Shown piece after piece: positions 14,430 to 26,024 of a stretch of 64,000 nucleotides of DNA. How positions within the stretch are numbered: the first letter of the stretch is position 1; every line of letters begins with the position of its first letter. The notes under the pieces were generated by a model that saw only the letters and a list, made by a program, of their open reading frames with translations, did not search any database and was not told where the DNA came from. The position numbers and the translations under genes were made by a program. The stretch lies in the NCBI GenBank assembly GCA_964188305.1, contig OZ076887.1, one strand, 5' to 3'. This DNA comes from Podarcis bocagei. Taxonomy: Eukaryota.

Positions 14430-14710
14430 AGCAACAACCACCACCAGTAGTAGTAGTAGAAATAATTGATAATGATGATGATGATAATAATAATAATTGA
14501 TAATGATGAATTCTACTACTGTGGTGAATGTATCACAACTGGGTCATCATTAATGGGAACCATCAAATAGCTGAAGGGAGGAAGTTCCACAGCTAGGGTG
14601 CCACGGCAGAGAAGGTCTTGTCCCATGTTGCTGGCAAACATATTTTCCTCATAAGCAGGATCACCAACAGGGCATCCAGTATATAAATGATATAGGCCAT
14701 TCATAGAGAC
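14430..14710 (-). mobile_element. Old L2 3' fragment with decayed trinucleotide tail
   Basis: GGAGGAAGTTCCACAGCTAGGGTGCCACGGCAGAGAAGG resembles GAAGGGCGTTCCACAGGGCGGGCGCCACTACCGAGAAGG in the young L2 at 26220. A mixed (AGT/GAT/AAT)n tract lies adjacent. Confidence 0.6.
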
Positions 14711-15944
14711 TCTGAAAAATTAACGCCAAGTTGCATGGAATTGCATGAGGGCAGTGAAAATATACAAAGCTCCCCTATATCAGAATTGCTCTTCACTGCT
14801 TCCCAATCACTATAAAGTTTCATAATTCGTCACACATTTTTACAGCAACTGTATTTTAACAAGCATGCTCCTTAAAATGCTGCCAAACCCGCCAGTCTTA
14901 CCCTGATGACTGAAGCATTAATTTTCAGGCGAAAGAATATTCATCTATTTTTATCTCGTGGCCACTTGCTGTTTTGATTAACTTATGCTGTAAAAACCAG
15001 GATCCCTTATCCCCGAGATTATATTTGTCCTGGATTAAGGCAATTAAATGATAACGATGGTTTTGCTTTCACAAGGCTGCTGCTGACACAGATAAAATCT
15101 GACAGATCAGATCTCCGACAATGTAATGGTGTCACAATGGAAGCATTTCTGCTCCACTTACATCTGTGAGGAAAAAGCGACATGATTGTTCAGGAGGAGA
15201 GAGAAAAAGGCAGCGTATACTGAAGCACCCAATTAAGCCACCTCTTTAAGGCCAACTTTCTGCTGGTCTGATATCCTTAGGCATGTTATCATAGCTAGGA
15301 ACCTGTCCAGAGACATATGTGTTGTATTTGGAAGGCACCACACAGGTAAAATCAGTTCACATATGAGCGTGCAACATCATAGCAGCAGGAAAGGGCTTGG
15401 TCCCTTTCTATGGAGACCTATATCTGAATGCATCCATATTTCCTGAGTCTGATCTGTGAAGAGCGAAAGGCTGTGTTCATTCCACTCCATCATTGTTGTG
15501 ATGGGTAGGGTGGAAGGAAGCTGTTTCTCTGAAACACTGTCTCAGCATTGGGGAGAGTGTCTGCAAGTGTATGTGCTGAATATGTGGCGAGTGTGCATGT
15601 ATCTGTGTCTCTATGGTGTGTGTCTGCACACATGTAAATAAACATTTGCCGAGGTTATCACTGGAGGCAACCCTGGTAGAGGTGGCCAACTGGTTACAAA
15701 CAAGTTTTGCTGTCCGGGCCCTAAATTGTGATGAAACTTAACTATGGTTTGCTGAAAGGATCCTGTTTCTTAAACTATGGTTTTAAATTAATAAGGCCAG
15801 TTTGTTGAGGTTAATCAGATCAGAGGTTTTCAGATCAGAGGGAGAGGGGAGAATGGGTGAGGTGAGGCTCATTTCTGCTTGTTCTCTAAATGATAAAATA
15901 TGATTTACCAAGCCACTACAAAGGTAACACATACATAGACACAG

Positions 15945-16573
15945 TAGCTCACCAGGCCTTGGAGATTTGAATTCCTTTAAAGTATCTAGGTGTTTCTTTA
16001 CCACCTCTTTCCTTATCTTGAACTGCAGCTCCCTCCTTACAACATTTGTTCTGTTATCACCAGGCTGGGCATTGCTTTTCTTTTGGGTGAAGACAAAGAC
16101 CAAGAAAGTGTTGAGGAGTTCCACCTTCTCTCTGTCACCCAATAGCATTTCTCCATCTTCTCCATGCAGAGGACCTACCACTTGCGGGTTCTTCTTTTTG
16201 CTTCAAACATAGCCAAATAAATCCTTTAAATTATTCTTAACCTCTCTTGCAAGCCTGAGCTCATTCTGAGCTTAAGCCTGCCTTGTATTCAGCCTGCAAC
16301 TGTTGGCTACCCGTGTATACCCCTTTGCGATTTCCTTTTTCTAACATTTCTTATACTTGCCCTTCTGAAATCTCAGCTCATCTCCTTATGCAGCTACACT
16401 GGTTTCTTTAGATGCCTCCCACTTTTCTTTCTTGTTGAATTGTCTGGATTTGTGCCTTCAGTATTTCACCTTTAAGAAACTCCCATCCATCTTGGACTCC
16501 CTTCTCTTTGAGTATTTCTGACCATGGGATCTCATCCAGTAGGTCCTTAAGCTTTTTAAAATCAGCCTTCTTA
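15945..16573 (-). mobile_element. CR1 LINE ORF2 fossil, 3' part (interrupted by the L1)
   Basis: Translation VGPLHGEDGEMLLGDREKVELLNTF...VKKHLDTLKEFKSPRPGEL matches the CR1 KSPGPDELHP region. It continues across the L1 insertion. Confidence 0.8.
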
Positions 16574-17974
16574 CTTCCGGTTCCGGACGCGAGCAGTGAG
16601 GAAGCGCAGAAAGCTAGCTCTGAGCTTTCTGGGCGCTGTGGAAAACGTGGGTGAGACGCAAGGGCGCAGCGTACCCCGAAACCTCAGGGGGGGAACCCTT
16701 GGGGGAGAGGCCGCCTGCAGCGCGGACGCGGTCGTTTCTACCTTCTCTGGAAGGACAGAGAGAGCGCGAGAGAACGACGACCGCCAGCGCAAATTGGGAA
16801 GTGCCGATTCCACAGCGAAACGCCCGGAGCTTCAACTGCGAAAGCGTCGGAACCCCTTGGATATAAGAACGGGGTCTCCGGCGTATGGAAAGGTTTTCTT
16901 TTTGCCTGAAGTGCTTACTAGTTAAGTGCGCAGTTGATGTGAAGCCAGGAGACGCCTAGGTATTTTTTTTTACTTTCTGTTGGCCTTTTTGGGATTTTCC
17001 TCGGCAGTGGAGGCAAGATGGCGCAGAAAGAGAGTCGCAGGAGTGAGAAGGTTAGTAAACAGTCTGACTGAGTAAACTAGAGCCGAACTGACAATAAATA
17101 CGGGCCATAACGATTCTTTTTATTGACTTTATTAAACTTTATTATATAAGCAAAACGCCAAACTTGGGACATAGATTGTGGCTAACGCCTTTCCAAGTCC
17201 TCCGGAGAGGCTCCATTTTGATTATGTTGCTGAACCTCTTTGATTTTTATTTCCAACGCTACCCACTTCCTTGAGGATATATATACAGACAACGCGAGCT
17301 GAATCAATCTGTACAGAGCCCTCTCTCACGTCTGAGTCTAAGTTGCGACGGGAATGAGGAGAGAGTAGGTAACTCCGAGAGGTAACTCCGAGAGGGAGCC
17401 TAAATTGCAATTAGGATTGCTACGGTGACTACCACAGTGACTGCAATTGCATGGCGAGAAGAGTATATGGAGCGTAAAGTGTTCAAGGTGCTTGAAGATC
17501 CTGAAATGCCGGGAGTAAATTAACCAGGACTATATTTGACTGTATTGGGTAAGAAGCGGGGCAGGACAATCACGTGCTCAAGAGTTACCCTCTCCCCCTC
17601 TGCTTTTGACTTTTTTTTTCTTCCCTCCCCCCCTCCTACTGGGTGTTGGGCGCGTCGCAGGTGAGGGTGGGTAAAGGACTTGGAAAGGACTGAGAGAAGC
17701 AAAAGAGAAAGTTAAGACCTGGAGCGGATTAATTGATACTTTTGGACTGATATCTTCCCAGCGGCTTTCCTTTTCCTCCTATCCAAGAAAGCATATTGAG
17801 GGATTGTGGTCATCGGCGGTCACCGGGGGTTTATACGAGTTTATACGTGTTTATACGTGTCTTTGTGTTCATGAGTTTATATGAAGGGATATAAGATATA
17901 GTAGGATCGGACATAATATATACTGCCCCCGGAGGACGCTCTTTGAAAGGAAAGGAGGAAAGATTAGAAGAATA
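16574..17974 (+). promoter_or_regulatory. L1 5'UTR with probable internal Pol II promoter
   Basis: High CpG density against a CpG-depleted background. ETS-like ACTTCCGG at the very 5' end and YY1-like CAAGATGGCG at 17014-17023. Confidence 0.7.
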
Positions 17975-19036
17975 ATGATGGGGAAGGAAGGGAAGGATCT
18001 AAAAAAAATGGGTGGGACTCCAGGGGAAAGAAAGACATCGCGTCAGGAGGAGATTAAAGACCTAGATAGCTTATGGATTAAAATAAAGGAAGAATTTAAA
18101 CAAAACGAAACATATATGGAAAATAAGCTAGGGGACATGCAAGACCTGATTGATAAAAAAATAGAGGAAGCAGTAGGAGAGCTCTCATCAAAAATTCAAG
18201 ATTTGTCAGTAAAATCTAAGATGATTGAAGAGTCTAATAAGAAACTTCAGAAAGAACTGAGAGAACAGAAAAGAGAAACAGGGAGGATGAGGGAAGAGTT
18301 GGGGGAATTAAATAAAGCACAGGATAGGATTTGGGACAACCTTGCCATGGCCGACATGCGACAAAAGCAGCTCCATTTAAAATTTAGAGGCGTGGCAGAA
18401 GAGAGAAATGAGGATGTTAGAAAGAAAATGATTAAAGAGCTCTCTAAATGGCTGGGTTTAGAAGAGGAAGAGATAGCTTTAACGATTGACAGTGCATTTA
18501 GAATGTCTAGACCACAGCATCTAAAAATTAACAAATTCTTGGGAGACTGTTTGGTGATATTTAATTCCTTAGAAATGAGAAACCTAATTTTAAGGACGAG
18601 TTACCGCAACAAACTTAGAATCGAAGGCAGGCCCATTATCATCTACAAAGAGATTCCAATTAGATTATTAAGGAAAAGAGAGGGCTACAGACAAGTGGTT
18701 GCCGCCTTAAAGAGAAATGGAATACAATTTAGATGGGAGTTCCCTGAGGGGGTTACTTTCTTCTATAAAGATAAGAAATTTAAATTAACGGACATACAAG
18801 AAACAGAGAAGTTTCTGAGAAGATATGAAAAAGAGTTAGGAAGGATTGAATATAGAGTGCGAAGTAAAGAAGAGGTGAAAGGGAATGGGCGAGAAGGGAA
18901 GGAAGGGAGGGAGGGGAGCGTGAAAGACCAAGGAGAAAGGGGGTTAAACTCAGGAGACGAAGATGAAGAAACCGCAGTGGGAGGAGAGGCGGTTGAAGAG
19001 GAGGGGCTCCTAGGAAATAAAGGCGTCGGTTTTTAA
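17975..19036 (+). CDS. L1 ORF1p (coiled coil, RRM, CTD RNA-binding protein), intact, 353 aa
   Basis: Heptad-rich N-terminal half, then LKFRGVAE, IDSAFR and IYKEIP...LLRKR...FRWEFP motifs. Lies directly upstream of ORF2. Confidence 0.92.
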   Translation: MMGKEGKDLKKMGGTPGERKTSRQEEIKDLDSLWIKIKEEFKQNETYMENKLGDMQDLIDKKIEEAVGELSSKIQDLSVKSKMIEESNKKLQKELREQKRETGRMREELGELNKAQDRIWDNLAMADMRQKQLHLKFRGVAEERNEDVRKKMIKELSKWLGLEEEEIALTIDSAFRMSRPQHLKINKFLGDCLVIFNSLEMRNLILRTSYRNKLRIEGRPIIIYKEIPIRLLRKREGYRQVVAALKRNGIQFRWEFPEGVTFFYKDKKFKLTDIQETEKFLRRYEKELGRIEYRVRSKEEVKGNGREGKEGREGSVKDQGERGLNSGDEDEETAVGGEAVEEEGLLGNKGVGF

Positions 19037-19079
19037 CTGGAGTTTTGATTTGAGGTAAAGTAGTTAGAGAACTAAGACA

Positions 19080-22000
19080 ATACTGGACACTCTAAAACTT
19101 TTATCATGGAATGTGAATGGGTTAAATGAGAAAATTAAAAGGAATAAAATTCAAAAAGCTTTGAGAAATAAGAAATATGATGTAATTTGTTTTCAGGAAA
19201 CCCATATCGCTAAGAGACATAGACACATTTTAGTGAATAAAAAACTGGGAGTAGAATTTGTAAACTCGGATGTAAACAAAAAAAAAGGAGTGGTAATTTA
19301 CGCCAAAGAAAGGTGGGAACCAAAACAAATTTGCAAGGATGAGGAGGGCAGAATATTAGGTATCCAATTAAATTTTCGAGGGGAAAGAATTAACGTAGTG
19401 TCGGTCTACGCACCAAATACAAAAAGAACTGAGTTTCTCGGAAAATTAGAAAGTATGTTGTTAGAATTAGAACCTTATAAGTTAATCTTATTGGGAGATT
19501 GGAACGGGGTCCCAACTCCGAGTATAGACAGAAGTGAGAATCAGAGGAATGCAAATAGGGGGAAGCTCCCTAACTCATTTAATGAGTTAGTGGAAAATCT
19601 AGACCTAATCGACATCTGGAGGTACCGGAATCCCACTACAAAACAATTCACCCATTATTCAGAGCCCCACCAGAGCTGGGGCAGGATTGACCAGATATGG
19701 GTGACTAGGGCTATGGTATGGAGAGTTAAGAGATGTGAGATATTACCCAGGACCCTGTCAGATCACTGCCCCTTGACCCTGGAAATTAAAAACGAATTGA
19801 AAGGGCAGCTAAGGTGGAGGATGAATGAATATTTATTTGAAAATGAGGAAGTATTGGACATGGCAAAAAAAACTTTGAGAGAGTATTGGGAGATGAACCT
19901 GAATAGAGATACCCCAATAGAGCTGGTATGGGACGCCGGTAAGGCTGTCCTAAGGGGTTTTCTAATACAGCAAAATAGCTATAGAAAGAAGTTAAGGGAG
20001 AAAAAGAAGGAAGATATCATGGCACAATTGAGGGACTATGAAAGAAAACTTGCTCTAGACCCGACAGATGAAAGGATCAATCAAACGGTGAGGGTGCTGC
20101 AGTCCCAATACTCAGCCATTTTGAATCAAGAGGTAGAACAGAAAATTAAATTTACGAGACAAAAATATTTTGAGTCGGCCAACAAAATGGGGAAGTTACT
20201 TGCATGGCAGCTTAGGAAAAGAAAGAAACAAAATGTGATTAATAAACTTATTATAGATGAAAGGGTGATAGAAGACTCAGAGGAAATTGAAAATAGGTTT
20301 GTTACTTTCTTTGAAAAGCTGTACGAAAAAGGAGAAGAGAGTAGTGTAGAAATAGAGAATTATTTAGACCAAGAAGAAAGGAAATTCTTTACGGAAGAGG
20401 ACTGCATGCAACTAAACAAAGTGGTTTCTGTAAAAGAGGTCCGGGATGCTATCAATAAGATGAAAAACGGGAAGTCCCCTGGTCCGGACGGTCTGCCTGC
20501 AAAATATTATAAAAAACTGATAGACTTGTTAGCTCCGGCCTTAACGGAGGTAATAAATAACACTCTTCAAGAAGGGAGAATACCTAGCTCCTGGAAGGAG
20601 GCGTATATTACGTTAGTCCCTAAGACTGAAAATGAAAAGACAGATATAACAAATTATAGGCCAATCTCACTCTTAAACTGTGACTATAAGATCTTTGGTG
20701 ATATTATGGCAAGCAGACTTAAAAAACTATTAAATAGATATATACATAGAGACCAAGTGGGATTCCTACCGGGTAGGCAATTGAGAGACAACGTCCGACA
20801 TGTATTGGACATTATGGAGTATTTGGAGACTAGACCAGACGTGCCAGCGGCCCTTATTTTTGTCGATGCAGAAAAAGCCTTCGACCGCGTATCCTGGGAA
20901 TTTCTGCTACAAAAACTTGATAAGGTGGGTATAAGGGGTTCTTACTTGAAGGGTATTAGGGCAATCTATACTGAGCAACAGGCTAGGTTGATCATCAATA
21001 ATAATTTGACTAAATACTTTCCGATTAGGAAAGGCACAAGACAGGGTTGCCCTCTGTCACCTTTATTGTTTATTTTAGTGTTAGAAACAGCCGCAAATAA
21101 AATAAGAGCGACCCCGGATATCAAGGGAGTAAGAATTGGAGAGAAAGAATACAAATTAAAAGCCTATGCAGACGATCTGGTCTTTTTCTTTGAGAACCCA
21201 TTTGAAACCACCAACAGAGCGATAGAACTCTTGGAAGATTTTGGTAAATTATCCGGATTCAAACTAAATAGGGGGAAAACTAAAATATTAACAAAGAACT
21301 TGACAATACAAGAAAGATTACAGCTAGAACAACAGGTGGATATTAAAGTAGTAAATAAGGTGAAATATTTGGGAATTTGGTTGTCCCCAAAGAACATCAA
21401 TTTGGTAGAGGACAATTATAATAAACTGTGGAAGGAAATTAAGAAAGATATGAACACCTGGCGTAGACTGAACTTATCCTGGACCGGGAGGATGGAATCG
21501 ATTAAGATGTGTGTCCTCCCGAGACTGCTATTCCTGTTTCAGAGTTTACCAATTATAAAAGGTACCACCTGCTTTAAAAACTGGCAAAGGATCTTGACCA
21601 AATATATTTGGCAAGAGAAGAAACCCAGGGTGAAACTTAAATATCTGATGGATTCCAGGGAAAGAGGAGGTTTTGGTGTACCAAACTTAAGGCTCTATTA
21701 AGAGGCGGCATGCCTACTCTGGATAAAGGAATGGGCCACCCTGAATGATACTGACTTATTAGATTTGGAAGGATTTGATTTAAGATTTGGGTGGCATGCC
21801 TACCTCTGGCAGGGAAAAGACAAAGTCCACAGAGGATTTTATAATCATATTGTTAGAGGATCACTCATAGAAGTTTGGAATAGGAGGAAAAATGTGATTG
21901 AACAAAACACCCCCTGGTGGTTATCACCCGTGGATATTATTAAAATAAAGAAATCAAATATGACAGGTAAAAGGTGGACGTATGAGGATCTTTTAACTAA

Positions 22001-22838
22001 ATCAGAAGAAGGGTGGAAATTAAGATCACAGGATGAATTGAAAGAGAAAATTAAGGACTGGTATCACCTACATCAAGTTAACGCAATATGGAGGGAGCAT
22101 AAGAGAATAGGTATGGGAGAAAATAAATCTAGATTTCAAGTGGAGATTATGGAGAGTAATAACAAACTATTATCTAAAATGTATAGGCAACTGCTGGAAA
22201 GTGAAAACAAGGAAGTGATGATCAAAGAGGTAATGATTAAATGGAATAAAGATCTAGGATATGAGATAGGATATGACAAATGGCAAACATTATGGAAGAA
22301 AGGTATGAAATTTACCGTATGTGCTGACCTATGTGAGAATTTGTATAAGATGATGTATCGCTGGTACCTGACCCCGGCAAGACTAGGGAAAATGTATAGA
22401 ACAACAGATAACACTTGCTGGAGGTGTAAAGATAAGGTGGGGACTTTCTTTCATATTTGGTGGACCTGTGAGAAAGTGAAGGGTTTCTGGGGACAAATTC
22501 ACGAGGAGCTAAAGAAAATTCTAAAGTATAACTTTCCCAAGAAACCCGAAGCGTTCTTACTAGGGATGGTTGGGGAGGAAATAAAAAAGACAGATCAGAT
22601 TTTTTTCCAGTATGCTGCCACTGCTGCGAGAATATTAATAGCAAAGAAATGGAAATCCCCAGAAATACCAACAATAAGAGAGTGGCAGGAGAAAGTGTAT
22701 CAATACTTGGACCTGGCGAGGCTTACCCAATATGTTAGGCGGGATAGCTCGAGTAAAAAGATTGAAGATTGGTCTAAATTCATAAGTTACCTTGAGACTA
22801 ATTTGAGAATTAATAACTTAACAGTAGACGATGGTTAA
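19080..22838 (+). pseudogene. L1 ORF2p (APE endonuclease, reverse transcriptase, CCHC domain) with one premature stop at 21699-21701
   Basis: EN motifs SWNVNG, QETH, GDWN, RID and SDH. RT motifs YRPISLLN, DAEKAFDRV, GTRQGCPLSPLLF, YADD and KYLG. C-terminal CWRC...HIWWTC. ORFs 19113-21701 and 21765-22838 are in the same frame; about 1252 codons in total. Confidence 0.93.
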
Positions 22839-23121
22839 CTTCTACGACATGTAAAGAAAAATGAAAATAACTGCAGAAGAATAATATAGAATACTTAATC
22901 CAAAGCTGAGGTTAATGGAAGTCAAACGTGTGTAAGGGTATGATTGGAATTTTTCTTCTTTGTAGTGTTTTTTTTTTTTTCTCTATTACTTTAGGTGTGT
23001 ATGTTTTAATATGCTGTTTGTACTATTTTATATGGTACAATCTTTCTTTGTATGTGTAAGTATATGTGATTGTAATAAAGTTTATTAAAAAAATAAAAAT
23101 AAAATAAAATCAGCCTTCTTA

Positions 23122-23790
23122 ATGTTCAGAGTGCATGTCCAACTACATTCAGTTCCCTTACCTCTGTATAATGAAACCTAGGAGGACATGGTCACTTCCT
23201 CCCAAGGTTCACAGTACTTTTACTTCATTAATCAGTTCCTCTCTGTTGGAGAGGACCAGGTCCAAGAAAAATGATCCTTTGTTGCTTCTTCCACCTTCTG
23301 GGACATGAAATTGTCAGTGAGGCAACTGAGGAATCTGTTGGATCTTATATTCTTGGCAGAGTTTGTGTTCCAACAGATATTGTGTTCCAACAGATATTAG
23401 GATAGTTGAAGTCTCCCATGATTACTGTATCTCTCATTTTTGAATGTGTGGTAATCTGCTGTACGAAGGCATTGTCCAAGTATTCAGTCTAGCTTGGCAG
23501 TCTGTAGTAGACACCCACAATTTTTACCCATGTACTCTCAGTCTGCCTCTAAGGTCATGGATCTCTTCACAAGTCTACACATCCTTTACTTATAATGCTA
23601 CTTCTCCTCCCATCCTGTTTGGTCTATTCCTTTTAAATATGTTATATCCCTCAATTTCTACATTCCAGTCATGAGTCTCATCCCACCAGGTTTCAGTAAT
23701 GCCTATTAGGTTATATTTGCCATCCTGTATTAAGAGCTCAAATTTGTCTTGTTTCTCACACTCTGGGCATTTGGTTTAGATAGGCCTTTG
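23122..23790 (-). mobile_element. CR1 LINE ORF2 fossil, endonuclease part (continuation of 15945-16573)
   Basis: Minus strand reads NAQS, KYNLIGITETWWDETHDWNVEIEGYNIFKRNR, TVIMGDFNY and LDLVLSNREELINEV. Contains a 17-bp tandem duplication near 23363-23397. Confidence 0.85.
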
Positions 23791-24121
23791 GTTTCATTCA
23801 AGAGGACTCATTTGTTTTCATTGATTGCATTAGGCCCATTCATCCCTACCTCCAAAATATGTGTTTTTGTGATGCAGAAAGAATTGCAGCATTATTCTAT
23901 TTTTCACACCACAGCAAATATATGGTATATTTATTTCCTTGCCATTTATTTCTTAACAATTGTGATATTGCAGTAGTAGAACCAATTATAATACACCAGA
24001 GAACAATTTTCTCTTTGTGTTAAGACATTTGCTGAAATAATATAGAAAAGAAAACTAATGCATTGATTTCAATCTATACCGAAGCCTAGGTTTAAAAAAT
24101 TGCTTCAATTTTAACTTTGGG

Positions 24122-24122
<1 letters not shown>

Positions 24123-24201
<79 letters not shown>
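24123..24201. repeat. (GT)n(TA)n microsatellite
   Basis: Direct reading. Confidence 0.95.
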
Positions 24202-24204
<3 letters not shown>

Positions 24205-25825
24205 TGAATTTTGAAATATGGTTGCTATCTTAATTTATATAGACTACATTGTGGTAGTGGCTCTGTTTTTAAATTAACATGGCTCAGAGAGGACTAGAAA
24301 TATTGAGTTAATTTCTTTTATCTCTATTATTTTCTTTTGCTGCTCCACTTAGTTAACAGAGCTGATACATTTAAGCAATTAAATACACCAGTCAGTTGCA
24401 TTCAGATTTTCTCTATGAATGGCTTCAATATATATTTCAGATTCTGCTCCCAATTTAAAAAAGAAGATAAAGAACAAGTTTTTCAGTCCCCTGGGATACA
24501 ACCTATAAAGGACAGGTTCATAAGGTGTGCATCAATTTATGAAACATATATTAGCTTAGGCATAAAATGCATGTTTGCCAATATACATAGTAGCTCTATT
24601 TCCAGTTTTGGTTGAGGTCTTCAGATTTAACAAAACAGGCATTGATTAGAGTGAATGTATTTCTATAAAACCAATACACTGTTATTTTGTAAAGGGTCTT
24701 GCAATCTAAAATTTGTTTAATAAATGAAAGTTGTGGAGGATAAGTAGCATAAAACACACTTTCTTAAAGCAGTTCTATATAGTTTGAAGAAGGAACTGTC
24801 ATCCAGCCCACACACCAACATCACTCTCAGTCTAGGTCACAGGCTAACACATGATCCAGCAGAGCAAAGAGTTCCAGATTCCTCAAACAAGCAAGTAAAG
24901 TGGCATGTTGTAGGAGAAGGCAACTTTCCATAGATTCTCTAATTAAGACTGGCTCCACAAGCACAACCTGCTACCTATGACTCAGCCCCTGTTGCTAAGC
25001 TCAGGACTCATTTAAGGTCATTTAGATCATCAATCCCAGCTGAGCTCCTTTGCCAGTCAGTGCTGTGGCATGAAGCCCATTGCTCTGGCATGAGTTCAGT
25101 GCTCTTGCCTACAGACCTGAATGTCTTGCCATTTGTATGTTGTGCTCTCTGCATCTGATCCAACATTATATCCCAGGCAACTGAACATTGATTGTCACGG
25201 CATCAGTTTGAAATAGAGATTCAAAACAGATGTTTACATTGCCCCCATATTGGTTATATCCCTCAACAATAAGAATCAACGTTTAACTATGATATCTGTG
25301 GCCAGCACCCTATTTGCTGCAGACTGAATTTTCTTTCATTGTAAGAATGGCTGATGGAAGCTTCCCTTGAAGACAAATAGCTACTTCAACAGGGGCAGGC
25401 AGAGGGAGAATTGGCAAAGTGGTTTAACCCTCTTCCCACAATCCCAATTCTGCTCAGTTCCCCACCAACTGCTATTTAAAGAATAAAAACTCTGCATATT
25501 AAAGAGTTACACACATTCAAAATAATGTGTAGTTTGTGTTGTAATATACAGTTACTGACTTGCACTTGCATGCATAAAAGGGTTAACCTGAGCCCTGAGC
25601 TCAGTTTCCACTTGGGAAGGGCTCAGCAGGCCACCAGAAGCATTTACCTCTTCCTTTCTCTCTGTCCTTCCTGGAAGAAGCTGGAGCTGCAGTATGGCTC
25701 ACAGTTGAAAACAAACCATGTGAATGAAAAGTCTCTCTAAACAGAGATTTTTACCGCTTGCATCTTTCTGCATGATTCTTTTGTAAGGAAACAAAGTTCT
25801 TTCTTTTTAAGTCATTTGGAACCAC

Positions 25826-25867
25826 CCTCCTCCTCCTCCTCCTCCTCCTCCTCCTCCTCCTCCTCCT
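25826..25867. repeat. (CCT)n microsatellite
   Basis: Direct reading. Confidence 0.95.
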
Positions 25868-26024
25868 TCTTCATTTTACTGCCAGTGGTTGGAGAATTGT
25901 TTGCTGTAACTCCTGGAACTGTGAGTAAAATTTTCAGATATTTGCAAAGCTAAGTGGCTGTGATTTATTCTAGCCCAAAACTTTTTTTGAGGAATACTTG
26001 TTTAAAGGTGGATGAGGGCAGATG

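Larger units (their letters stand above)
16574..23105 (+). mobile_element. Full-length young LINE-1 retrotransposon
   Basis: 16-bp TSD AAAATCAGCCTTCTTA at 16558-16573 and 23106-23121, at a canonical TT/AAAA site. CpG-rich 5'UTR, ORF1, ORF2, T-rich 3'UTR, AATAAA at 23074-23079 and an A-rich tail. Confidence 0.97.

Noticed and set aside
16571-16925. Sense and antisense ORFs of 71-109 aa in the L1 5' end (possible ORF0 analogue)
   Set aside because: Those checked start at GTG rather than ATG, and such ORFs are expected by chance in GC-rich sequence. No motif support.
21765-22838. Separate 357-aa gene
   Set aside because: It is the in-frame C-terminal part of L1 ORF2 downstream of a nonsense codon.
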